A DNA stretch of 64,000 nucleotides from Bryobacterales bacterium (GTDB taxonomy: Bacteria; Acidobacteriota; Terriglobia; Bryobacterales; UBA6623), in NCBI GenBank assembly GCA_026713545.1, contig JAPOOG010000073.1, positions 4,184 to 68,183 on the forward strand, in the 5' to 3' direction. The notes beneath the pieces were generated by a model, which made no database searches, was not told the DNA's origin, and worked only from the letters and a program-made list of their open reading frames with translations. This document shows, in pieces, positions 55,870 through 64,000 of the stretch. Position 1 is the first letter of the stretch; each line of letters begins with the position of its first letter. A program made the position numbers and the translations under genes.

Positions 55870-57120
55870 ATGCCGGACAAGAGCAGGCAAACGCCAAACT
55901 CGATTTCCAGAAGAGAGTTTCTGCCGGCCGGCGCTGTCGCGCTGGCGGCCGGGGCCTCGGCTCCCCTGTTGAGCGCGAGTCCCGCCGAGGAGTACAAACC
56001 CCTCGACCCCTCCAAGCGGCTGCGCATCGGGGTCGTCGGCGGAGGGTTTGGAGCCGGTTTCTCCTGGCATATGCACCCGAATTGTCAGGTGACGGCCGTG
56101 GCCGACCTTCGGGAAGACCGCCGAAAACGACTCATGGAACGCTTCGACTGCTCGAATGCCTACGAAGAGTTCCATCCGATGTTGAAGGACGCCAAGGTGG
56201 ACGCCGTGGCCATCTTCACGGGCGCCCCCGACCATGTTCCCCATTGCGTCGATGTGATGAAGTCGGGACGTCATGTCATCTCGGCCGTGCCGGCGGCCAT
56301 CACCCTCGAACAATGCCAACAACTCGTCGACGCCGTCAAGGAGACCGGACAGACCTACATGATGGCTGAAACCAGTTGTTTTCGCGCCTCCGCGATGACG
56401 GCGCACGCATGGCGCAAGCAGGGAAAGTTCGGAAGGATTTACTACTCGGACGGCTATTACCTGCATGACCATGGGTCCTACCTCAAGAAGGGCACCGCCT
56501 CGAAGCGGCTCATGGAGATGTGGATCTACAAGGGGAAACGCACTTGGCGATACGGCAATTCGCCGGCTCTGTATGTTACCCACGCGACCGGTCCGATGAT
56601 TTACGTAACCGGAGAAAAACTGACCGATGTTGCGGCCATCGGCACGCCGATCGACCACGAGTTCTACCGGGGCAACAACCAATACGACAACCCCTTCATC
56701 AACATCACCTTCTTCCACAAGACTTCGGGAGGAAACTCCTCCCGCATGGCGGTCCACTGGTGGACGGCCGCTCCGGGCCGCGAAGGAGCGGACTTTTATG
56801 GAACCGAGCTAAGCTTCTTCGAGCCGCAGTTCGGCTCGGAAGGAGTGGTGCGCCGCCCCGGCGAAGAACCGGAAACCTGGAAGATCGACGACCACGCCTC
56901 GACGCTGCCTCCGAACCTTCGGGAGCGAATCGCCAGAGGACACGGCGGAGCGGAGGCGTTTATCGTTCACGAGTTTGTCACGGCCTGTTTGGAGGAACGC
57001 CAGCCCGCCGTGGATGTCTATCAGGCGGTCGCGTATACGGCGCCCGGGATCGTCGGGCAAGAGTCGGCCATGAAGGACGGCGAATGGATGAAGGTCCCAG
57101 ACTTCGGTCCGATCGGCTGA
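55870..57120 (+). CDS. Gfo/Idh/MocA-family oxidoreductase with Tat signal
   Basis: SRREFLPAGAVALAAGA, then RIGVVGGGFGAGF Rossmann motif. AAGGAGGA SD upstream. Paralogue of the truncated gene at 1-490. Confidence 0.9.
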   Translation: MPDKSRQTPNSISRREFLPAGAVALAAGASAPLLSASPAEEYKPLDPSKRLRIGVVGGGFGAGFSWHMHPNCQVTAVADLREDRRKRLMERFDCSNAYEEFHPMLKDAKVDAVAIFTGAPDHVPHCVDVMKSGRHVISAVPAAITLEQCQQLVDAVKETGQTYMMAETSCFRASAMTAHAWRKQGKFGRIYYSDGYYLHDHGSYLKKGTASKRLMEMWIYKGKRTWRYGNSPALYVTHATGPMIYVTGEKLTDVAAIGTPIDHEFYRGNNQYDNPFINITFFHKTSGGNSSRMAVHWWTAAPGREGADFYGTELSFFEPQFGSEGVVRRPGEEPETWKIDDHASTLPPNLRERIARGHGGAEAFIVHEFVTACLEERQPAVDVYQAVAYTAPGIVGQESAMKDGEWMKVPDFGPIG

Positions 57121-57206
57121 CCTGAAAATCCTCCTGATCAAGCAGAGTTGACACTGGTCCGGATGTTTCCCGCTTGTATGATCCGCACGCGGGCGGAGGA
57201 AAAACT
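57118..57206 (+). repeat. RepB copy 2 (about 89 nt), beginning on the stop codon of the Gfo/Idh/MocA gene
   Basis: TGACCTGAAAATCCTCCTGATCAAGCAG...CCCGCTTGTATGATCCGCACGCGGGCGGAGGAAAAACT. Confidence 0.8.
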
Positions 57207-57208
57207 AG

Positions 57209-57382
57209 CCTGCATGTCTCACCACTTAGCGAGGCGAAGTGCGTGGGAGGGCCGTCAGGACGAGGCGCGCGCCGCTTGGCGCGCAACACGGCCTTTAAGG
57301 TTTTTCACGAATCACGAGACACGAAACACGAATCACGGCCTTTTTTCGCGTGCTTCGACCGTCGGGTGGTGAGACATGCAGG
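57209..57382 (+). repeat. RepA copy D (174 bp; perfect variant TIRs, replaced core)
   Basis: CCTGCATGTCTCACCAC ... GTGGTGAGACATGCAGG are exact complements. The flanking roughly 75 and 35 nt match copies B and C. The central roughly 60 nt is unrelated and carries CACGAAT CACGAGA CACGAAA CACGAAT CACGG. TA is present on both flanks. Confidence 0.85.
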
Positions 57383-57456
57383 CTAAATGCCGCCGTTCCG
57401 GATGTACTTTGTCCGGTAAGCCCGGCCCTTCCGTGACCCGCGCAGTTTGGACTAGA

Positions 57457-59283
57457 ATGAGAATGCGACAACCCATGACACGCAAGAGTGCGATTGCGCT
57501 GGTAATCATTCCCATTGCTGTCGCTTGGGCGGTCGAACCTCCCCACCCCGACTCACCCTTCATCGACTCGATCTTCCCGCGTGGAGGACGCCGCGGGACA
57601 CAGCTTTCCATCGAGATCGCCGGCAAGCATCTGGACGGAGCCTCGGCGATTCGGGTCTCCGGGCAAGGCGTGTCGGCGCGGATCCGGGAATCGAGCGACA
57701 AGCTGGTCACCGCCGAGGTTGCGATCGCACCCGATGCCGCCTTGGGGCGTCGCGACCTGCGGATCATCTCGCCTCGCGGCAGCTTCGTGCAGGTCTTCGA
57801 AGTCGGAAACTTGCCCGAGGAATGGGAGCGTGAGCCGAACGATCACTGGGAGGAAGCGCCGCTCGTGCCATTCCCGGCAGTCATCAACGGCAAGGTGACC
57901 ACCAGGGACTACGATCATTTCCGCGTCAAGGGCCGGGCCGCTCAGGTGATTACTTTCGATCTGAATTCATCCCGCAACGGAACGCGTTTCGACGGGTTCT
58001 TGAGCCTGCTCGATCTCGAAGGCAACGAAATCGCGGCGCAGGACGACTACTACTTCGACAAAGACCCGCGCCTGGTCCATCGATTCGCCGAAGAAGGCGA
58101 GTATGTCTTGCGGGTGATGGGGTTTCGAGAGGCCGGCTCGAACTCATCGGACTATCGTCTGACCGTCGGTGACATGCCGAGCGCCTCGCACGTTTTCCCG
58201 GCGGGAGGCCGGCGAGGATCTACTGTGGAGATGGAGCTGACGGGAGTCAATCTGAACAAGGTGGACGGACTGGTCTTAGGGCAAGGGCCGACAACGGCCG
58301 AGGTTGTCGACCGGTCTTCCGGGCGCGCGCGAGTGAAGCTGGAGATCCCGCGAGAAACCGCAAAGGGTCCGCATCCCCTGTGGCTGGCGGGCAGGGACGG
58401 AGAGCTGCCCAATCCACTGGTCTTCAACGTTTCAGATGTCCGCGAGGTCGCCAGGCCGCGATACACAGGGTTCCGGCTCCATCCTCCGGTGGTCGTCAAC
58501 GGTGTCATCGATCGGAACGGCGCGGTTGACAGCTTCGAGCTGCTGGCGCGCGCAGGAGAAACGTACAGCTTCGACGGTGCCGGAATGAGTCTGGGGAATT
58601 TCCTGGACCCGGCAATCCTGATCTACGATTCGGACGGCAACCTCGTCGCTTACTTGGACGATACCGCTCCGAATGCATTCGACAAGGAACCTCCCAGCGT
58701 GGACTTTCACCTGACCCATACATTCGAGCGGGCCGGGAGCTACCGGGTGCTGCTGCGCGACGCCGGAAAACGCGGGAATCCCACCTTCGTTTACCGCTTG
58801 ACCGTGCAGCAGGCCCAACCGGACTTCGAGCTGCGCGTGTTGACCAACCAGACGACCTTATGGAAGGGAAAACCCGTCAGCCTTCGCGTGCGTGTACGCC
58901 GCATCGGCGGTTGGGACACACCGGTGGATGTCTGGATTGACAACCTGCCGCAAGGGATCGCGTCTCGAACAATGACGGCGGACCCTGTCAACACGCGCGT
59001 CCGCGGCACTTTCGGCGAAGACTTTTTCGTGGATGGCTCCAACGTGGAGCTGCCGCTGGAGGCGCTTTCCGAGGCCCTGCCCGGGCGCTGGGCCTTGGTG
59101 GTCAGGGGGAGGGGCGTCCTCGGCGACAGGGTTGTCGAGCATACGGCCAGGGTGGATTACCCTTGGCAGAAGACGGGGTTCATTCGCGGTTTCACCCACG
59201 AGCAGCAAATCGTCTTGACGCTGGCCGAACCCGAAAGCATTTCCAACAAGCGCGAGAATGTCGCCGCGGTGGCCTCGCAATGA
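57457..59283 (+). CDS. Secreted protein with two [IPT/TIG-like + pre-peptidase C-terminal (PPC)] modules
   Basis: EREPNDHWEEAP...DYDHFRV...LLDLEGNEIAAQDDYYF...YVLRV is a typical PPC domain, and a second such domain follows. ATG 57457 or 57475 gives a signal peptide. The ORF-track start at 57376 lies inside RepA. Confidence 0.75.
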   Translation: MRMRQPMTRKSAIALVIIPIAVAWAVEPPHPDSPFIDSIFPRGGRRGTQLSIEIAGKHLDGASAIRVSGQGVSARIRESSDKLVTAEVAIAPDAALGRRDLRIISPRGSFVQVFEVGNLPEEWEREPNDHWEEAPLVPFPAVINGKVTTRDYDHFRVKGRAAQVITFDLNSSRNGTRFDGFLSLLDLEGNEIAAQDDYYFDKDPRLVHRFAEEGEYVLRVMGFREAGSNSSDYRLTVGDMPSASHVFPAGGRRGSTVEMELTGVNLNKVDGLVLGQGPTTAEVVDRSSGRARVKLEIPRETAKGPHPLWLAGRDGELPNPLVFNVSDVREVARPRYTGFRLHPPVVVNGVIDRNGAVDSFELLARAGETYSFDGAGMSLGNFLDPAILIYDSDGNLVAYLDDTAPNAFDKEPPSVDFHLTHTFERAGSYRVLLRDAGKRGNPTFVYRLTVQQAQPDFELRVLTNQTTLWKGKPVSLRVRVRRIGGWDTPVDVWIDNLPQGIASRTMTADPVNTRVRGTFGEDFFVDGSNVELPLEALSEALPGRWALVVRGRGVLGDRVVEHTARVDYPWQKTGFIRGFTHEQQIVLTLAEPESISNKRENVAAVASQ

Positions 59284-61460
59284 GAATCGGACTGCTCCTG
59301 GCGGTCTCAGCGCTGCCGCACTCGATCGCAAACGCCGAGATCGGATTTGTGGACGACATTGCTCCGATCCTGACTCGGAAAGGCTGCTCCGGATCGAACT
59401 GCCACGGCTCGGTCCGCGGTAAGAACGGCTTCAAACTCTCGCTGTTCAATTCCGATACTGAAGAAGACTTCAAGGAGATCCTCTCCAACGATGACGGCCG
59501 CCGGGTGAATCGGGAGCAGCCTGAACAGTCGCTCATCCTGAGAAAGCCGTCTTTCCAGATGACTCATGGTGGCGGGGTGAGGTTCGCAATCGATTCCTCC
59601 GAGTATCGAACCATCCTGGAGTGGCTTGCCTCGGGTGCCCCGTACCGGGTGCCGGGCCGGCCGGAGTTGAGAAACCTGGAAGTATCACCCGCGGAGAGCA
59701 TTCTTGAGGGTCCCGAAACGGAACAGCGATTGACGGTCATGGGTATCTACTCCGACGGTAGCCGGCGTGACCTCTCTCGAACCGTCAACTACGCCGCCCA
59801 GGAGGAAACCGTCGCTACCGTAGACGACTCAGGCAAAGTCACGGCCCGCGCGCGCGGTGAGACCGCCATCATGGTTCGGATGCCCGGTCTGGCGGCAGTG
59901 GCGCGCATTGCCGTCATTACCAAGCCCCCCTCCGCGGATTACCCGAAAGTTCCGCGCAACAACCTGATCGACGAACTCGTGTTCGACAAGCTGCAGAAGC
60001 TGGGTATCGTTGCCTCGGACCTGGCCGATGACAAGGTCTTCATTCGTCGCGCTTACCTCGACACCATCGGCGTGCTCCCGACACCCGACGAGACGCATCG
60101 TTTCCTTTCGTCCCGCGATCCGAACAAACGCGAGATGCTCATCGATCACCTCCTCGAGCGGCCCGAATACGCGCAGCTCTGGGCCGCGGTCATGGCCGAC
60201 TTGTTCCAGGTGGGCTGGGGGACCGGACTCAAGGGCGGCTATCAGTTATTCCGATGGCTCCGCGGCTCCTTGGCGGAAAACAAGCCTTACGATCGCCTCG
60301 TTCGAGAACTTCTCATGGGAAGCGGCCCGTTCGTCTATACGCCGACGCCCAATTTCTTCGTGGGCTTGATGCAGGGTCCGGAAGGAATGGCGACCCAGTT
60401 CAGCCAGGCTGTCCTCGGCGTCAGGTTGGAGTGCGCCAAATGCCACGACCACCCTTTTGAACGTTGGTCTCGGGATGACTACTTCGGCTTGGCGGCGTTT
60501 TTCTCTCGACTGGAAAGGAAAGAGGAGCCCTACGGCCGCTTCGAGCACACCGTCGCGGTCCGTCCCGATCACAAACCCGTCTACGACTACCTGAACAACA
60601 AAGAGTTGAAACATCCCGAGACGGGCGAATACGTCCGTGCGAAGTTTCTCGGGGGCGCCTATGCGGAGGATGGTCCGGGAGAGGACCCGCGCCCGAAGCT
60701 GGCGGAGTGGTTGAGCCGTGCGGACAACCCGTATTTCGCTCGGGCCATCGTGAACCGCATTTGGAAGCACTACATGGGGAGAGGCCTCGTCGAAGGCGTG
60801 GATGACTTCCGCATTACGAATCCTCCTTCGAATGAGGCGTTGCTGGGCGCGCTGGCCGGTTACTTCATCGAAGGACAATTCGATCTGAAGCGCCTCATGC
60901 GGCTCATCCTGAAGTCGCGAGCGTACCAGCTCTCGGCCGTGCCGAACGAAACCAATCGTGACGATACGATCAACTATTCTCGTTTCTATCTCAAGCGCTT
61001 GATGTCAGAGGTGCTCTTTGATGCGATGGGCCAAGTCGCCGGCAAACGCCTGAAGATCCCCGGCAGCCTGCCTGGAGAGAAGGCGATCTCCGTCGCCGTG
61101 GGTTCGGGCAACTACTTCATGAAGACGTTCGGCAAGTCCGAGTTTCGCGATGTCATTTGCGAACGCGACCACCAGCCGACGGTCACCCAGGCCATGCAGT
61201 TGATCAGCGGGGAAACGGTTCACGAGTTGCTGACCTCATCCGGCAACCTCATCGATGAGCTTTTGGAACGAAAAGAGTTGTCGGAAGAGGAACGCCTCAG
61301 GACCATCTATGTCAGCGCCTATGCGCGGCCTCCGACGCGCGATGAGCGGACCACGATCCTCGGTCTGCTGCGCGATGCGGACGTGGACCAACGGAAGGCC
61401 GTGTATCAGGATGTTCTTTGGGCGATCTTCAACTCGAAGGAGTTCGCTTACGTCCACTGA
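59280..61460 (+). CDS. DUF1549 / DUF1553 (PSD1) domain protein with Big_2-like insert
   Basis: MRIGLLLAVSALPHSIANA signal, CSGSNCHGS, central CAKCHDHPFE and a C-terminal KEFAYVH end. The ATG overlaps the upstream stop (ATGA). Confidence 0.85.
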   Translation: MRIGLLLAVSALPHSIANAEIGFVDDIAPILTRKGCSGSNCHGSVRGKNGFKLSLFNSDTEEDFKEILSNDDGRRVNREQPEQSLILRKPSFQMTHGGGVRFAIDSSEYRTILEWLASGAPYRVPGRPELRNLEVSPAESILEGPETEQRLTVMGIYSDGSRRDLSRTVNYAAQEETVATVDDSGKVTARARGETAIMVRMPGLAAVARIAVITKPPSADYPKVPRNNLIDELVFDKLQKLGIVASDLADDKVFIRRAYLDTIGVLPTPDETHRFLSSRDPNKREMLIDHLLERPEYAQLWAAVMADLFQVGWGTGLKGGYQLFRWLRGSLAENKPYDRLVRELLMGSGPFVYTPTPNFFVGLMQGPEGMATQFSQAVLGVRLECAKCHDHPFERWSRDDYFGLAAFFSRLERKEEPYGRFEHTVAVRPDHKPVYDYLNNKELKHPETGEYVRAKFLGGAYAEDGPGEDPRPKLAEWLSRADNPYFARAIVNRIWKHYMGRGLVEGVDDFRITNPPSNEALLGALAGYFIEGQFDLKRLMRLILKSRAYQLSAVPNETNRDDTINYSRFYLKRLMSEVLFDAMGQVAGKRLKIPGSLPGEKAISVAVGSGNYFMKTFGKSEFRDVICERDHQPTVTQAMQLISGETVHELLTSSGNLIDELLERKELSEEERLRTIYVSAYARPPTRDERTTILGLLRDADVDQRKAVYQDVLWAIFNSKEFAYVH

Positions 61461-61472
61461 GAAAGGTCCCTT

Positions 61473-62768
61473 ATGGCTTTCCATTCATTCAGTCGCCGAT
61501 CTTTCCTGAGTGTGGGTGCGCTGACGCTGTTCGGTCGGTTCAGATTGGGCGAGGCCCTCGCCTTGCGCGCCGCGGCGCCGGGAAACTCTCCCAAGCCCGA
61601 AGATCTCTCGATCATTCTGCTCTGGCTGGCTGGCGGCCTCAGCCAATTCGAGAGTTGGGACCCGAAGCCCGCCGCGAAGGAAGGCTATCGCAGCAAGTTC
61701 GGATCCATCCCCACCAACGTCCCGGGCATCCAGGTCGGCGAGCTTCTCCCGTTCAGCGCCAAGCATGCGGACAAGTACGCCATCATCCGCTCGATGACCA
61801 GCCAGGACGCCGTGCACGAGTCGGCTCAGGCCTTCATGCTCAGCGGCCACGCGCCGCGTTCCACGTTGCAGTTCCCTTCTTATGGCTCGGTCATAGCCAA
61901 GGAAATACCGCCCCGTAACGAGTTGCCTCCCTACATCCTTACCGGCGGACCGGTTAGAAAATGGGAGCAAGCCGCTTTCCTGGGCCCGAAATATAATCCG
62001 TTCCTGGCCGACGATCCGAACAAGGAGAACTACAAGGTACGTGACTTGGATCTTCCCTTGGGCGTGGACTGGGCACGCGTGGATCGACGAAACTCTCTGC
62101 TTCGATTGGCGGACCGGCAATTCCGCCGCATGGATACGTTGGGCATCGTCGATGCCATGGATACGCATCATCAGACCGCTCTGACGCTCATCCGTTCCGA
62201 GAGAGCGAAACGCGCCTTCAAGATCGAATCGGAACCTGAAAAGCTGCGCGAGAAGTATGGCCGCACGTCATTGGGCCAGGGTTGTCTTTTGGCCAGACGG
62301 CTGGTCGAAGAAGGCGTGCGGTTTGTCAGTGTGCGCAGCGGCGGGTGGGACCATCACTTCAACCTGTTCAACGATATCTCTACCAAAAAACTGCCCGAGC
62401 TGGATCGCGCCTTCGCCGCCTTGCTGGAAGATCTGAACGAGCGCGGCCTGCTCGGAACAACGATGGTCATCGTCGGTACCGAGTTCGGGCGCACCCCGGA
62501 GATCAACGTCAACGATGGTCGAGACCACTGGCCTGCCGCTTTCTCTCTCGTCGTGGCCGGCGGTGGCGTCAAGGGGGGAAGGACGCTCGGCGCCACCGAC
62601 CAGAATTGCTGGGAGGTCGTCGAGCGGCCGATCCACGTTCCCGATTTCATCGCGACCATCTATGCCAAGCTGGGCATTGACTATCACCAGATGTACCAGA
62701 GCAACGTCGGACGCCCCGTCCGGGTGATTGACGAGCCCTTTGAAGCTGTTCAGGAACTATTGACCTGA
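61473..62768 (+). CDS. DUF1501 protein, Tat signal
   Basis: SRRSFLSVGALTLFG, LLWLAGGLSQFESWDPKP and GRDHWP motifs. Paralogue of the 33802-35232 product. Confidence 0.85.
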   Translation: MAFHSFSRRSFLSVGALTLFGRFRLGEALALRAAAPGNSPKPEDLSIILLWLAGGLSQFESWDPKPAAKEGYRSKFGSIPTNVPGIQVGELLPFSAKHADKYAIIRSMTSQDAVHESAQAFMLSGHAPRSTLQFPSYGSVIAKEIPPRNELPPYILTGGPVRKWEQAAFLGPKYNPFLADDPNKENYKVRDLDLPLGVDWARVDRRNSLLRLADRQFRRMDTLGIVDAMDTHHQTALTLIRSERAKRAFKIESEPEKLREKYGRTSLGQGCLLARRLVEEGVRFVSVRSGGWDHHFNLFNDISTKKLPELDRAFAALLEDLNERGLLGTTMVIVGTEFGRTPEINVNDGRDHWPAAFSLVVAGGGVKGGRTLGATDQNCWEVVERPIHVPDFIATIYAKLGIDYHQMYQSNVGRPVRVIDEPFEAVQELLT

Positions 62769-62881
62769 AACATCCTCCTGATCAAGCGGCTTGGACACTG
62801 GCCCAAATGTTTCCCGCTTGTATGGTCCGCGTACGGGCGGAGGAAAAACTTGTATGCTCCGCACGCGCGCGGAGCAAGAAC
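62761..62881 (+). repeat. RepB copy 3 (about 121 nt, terminal hairpin module duplicated)
   Basis: TGACCTGAAACATCCTCCTGATCAAGCGG...CTTGTATGGTCCGCGTACGGGCGGAGGAAAAA is followed by CTTGTATGCTCCGCACGCGCGCGGAGCAAGAAC. The DUF1501 stop codon (62766-62768) is the TGA inside CCTGAAA. Confidence 0.8.
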
Positions 62882-63196
62882 TCAGTTGAACGGTCTCCTC
62901 CTGCTCGCCTGGCAGAGGGTCAAGCCATGTTGTGGCTACGCCGCAACCTGTTGACGCTACCGGGCGCATCGGCGGCCCGGCTTTACGGCGACGCTTGGAT
63001 TTGCGGCAACCGGAAAGCGAAGCAATCTTGCGCGCGGAATCAGTGACTCGGCCGTGCCGGATCGCGAGGGAAACCGACCATTCGAGCACAAGGCAAGCCA
63101 TTCAAGTCAAGCAAGTAGGAAACCGACACTCGCAGGGAAAAGCCACAGGCCTTCCTGTCATGCCGCAAACTGACGCCAGGCGGAGAGCAATCGGAC

Positions 63197-64000
63197 TCAG
63201 AGAATCGGCTCGGTCCAGTTCTCGATGACGCCTTTGAGGTGAGTCATGAACTGATCGGCGACCGCGCCGTCGATGACGCGATGGTCAAAGCTCAGAGTGG
63301 CATAGCAGATCGAGCGGATGCCGATGGCGTCGCCCACCACCACGGGCGCCTTGTGGATTGCGCCGAGCCCGAGGATAGCGGACTGCGGCTGATTGATCGC
63401 CGGCGTCGCGAACAAGCTGCCGTAGCTTCCGTAGTTCGTGATCGAGATAGTGCCCTGGGTCACTTCGTCGGGCTTGAGCTGCTTGTTGCGGGCGCGGTTG
63501 GCGAGATCGTTCACTATCTTTTGCAGCCCGAGGATGCTTTTTTCGTCGACAGCCGGGATCACTGGAACGATCAGCCCTGCCGTCAGCGCCACGGCCATCC
63601 CGATGTTGATGTCCTTATGTCTGATTACCTGGTCGCCATCGAGCGAGACGTTGATTGCGGAGTACTCTTTGAGCGCAGCGGCGGATGCTCGCAGGAAAAA
63701 CGGCATGAAGGTGAGCTTCGTGCCGTTCTGTTCGAGGAACTTGTGCTTGGCTTCGTCACGCGCCTTGACGATGACGGAGCAGTCGATCTGATGAACCGTC
63801 GCCACGTGCGGCGCCAGCCGCATGGTGAGCGACATGTGTTCGGCGATCTTTCGCCGCATCGTCGAGAGCGGTTCGACCGTGTAGCTGCCGAAGCGGGCCG
63901 CCGGAGCGGGCCGGAAGGTTCCCAATGCCTCTTCGGAAACGGGAGCAGGAGCCTCCGCCGCGCTTTCGCGGGCCTTCAGGTAAACCTCGATGTCCTTCTT
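63197..64000 (-). CDS. 2-oxoacid dehydrogenase E2 component (dihydrolipoyl acyltransferase), catalytic domain plus E3-binding domain; 5' end off the window
   Basis: C-terminal SFDHRVIDGA catalytic motif. My translation upstream of the tracked ORF continues as KKDIEVYLKARESAAEAPAPVSEEALG (subunit-binding-domain end plus linker). Confidence 0.9.
   Translation of the reverse strand, partial: KKDIEVYLKARESAAEAPAPVSEEALGTFRPAPAARFGSYTVEPLSTMRRKIAEHMSLTMRLAPHVATVHQIDCSVIVKARDEAKHKFLEQNGTKLTFMPFFLRASAAALKEYSAINVSLDGDQVIRHKDINIGMAVALTAGLIVPVIPAVDEKSILGLQKIVNDLANRARNKQLKPDEVTQGTISITNYGSYGSLFATPAINQPQSAILGLGAIHKAPVVVGDAIGIRSICYATLSFDHRVIDGAVADQFMTHLKGVIENWTEPIL

Noticed and set aside
57182-57206. RepB terminal hairpin as a Rho-independent terminator
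   Set aside because: The GC stem is followed by GGAAAAAC, not a U-tract. On the opposite strand the T-run precedes the stem. It may still affect 3' ends, but it is not a canonical intrinsic terminator.
1-64000. Defence island, prophage, secretion system or biosynthetic gene cluster
   Set aside because: I recognised no nucleases, methyltransferases, integrases, phage structural genes, toxin-antitoxin pairs, or PKS/NRPS/RiPP enzymes. The window reads as uptake and catabolism genes.

Overview
GC-rich bacterial chromosome segment. Domain content suggests an acidobacterial (Solibacter/Bryobacter-like) or planctomycete-like organism; this is inference from two CarboxypepD_reg-type TonB-dependent receptors, two DUF1549/DUF1553 + DUF1501 modules and many Tat-signal periplasmic enzymes. 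The window is almost entirely nutrient uptake and catabolism, with about 40 genes:
- three Na+/solute symporters, one ACS-type MFS transporter and two giant TonB-dependent receptors;
- three aminotransferases, a threonine-aldolase-like enzyme, a DAO-type flavoenzyme, and CocE/NonD and M19 peptidases;
- a hyuA-hyuB-hyuB-enolase cluster plus an orphan hyuA;
- an HpcH/HpaI aldolase, an SDR, rhaM, an IclR regulator, a PhyH dioxygenase, two Tat-Gfo/Idh/MocA paralogues and a truncated 2-oxoacid dehydrogenase E2.

I found no rRNA, tRNA, CRISPR, prophage, transposase or recognisable defence system. The many long antisense ORFs in the track are high-GC shadow ORFs.

The least ordinary content is non-coding. 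There are three families of short structured repeats that I do not recognise:
- RepA: about 176 bp with perfect 17-bp terminal inverted repeats, 4 copies.
- RepB: about 88 nt, sitting on or just after stop codons, 3 copies plus one possible degenerate copy.
- RepC: about 160-180 bp with about 21-bp terminal inverted repeats, 2 copies.

Several copies clip gene ends. One appears to donate a stop codon and C-terminal tail, one a stop codon, and one possibly a start codon. There is also a structured leader with tandem 17-mers in front of one TonB-dependent receptor.

All calls come from reading the sequence and ORF translations by eye. No database search was run. Gene starts are judgement calls and functional names are family-level only.
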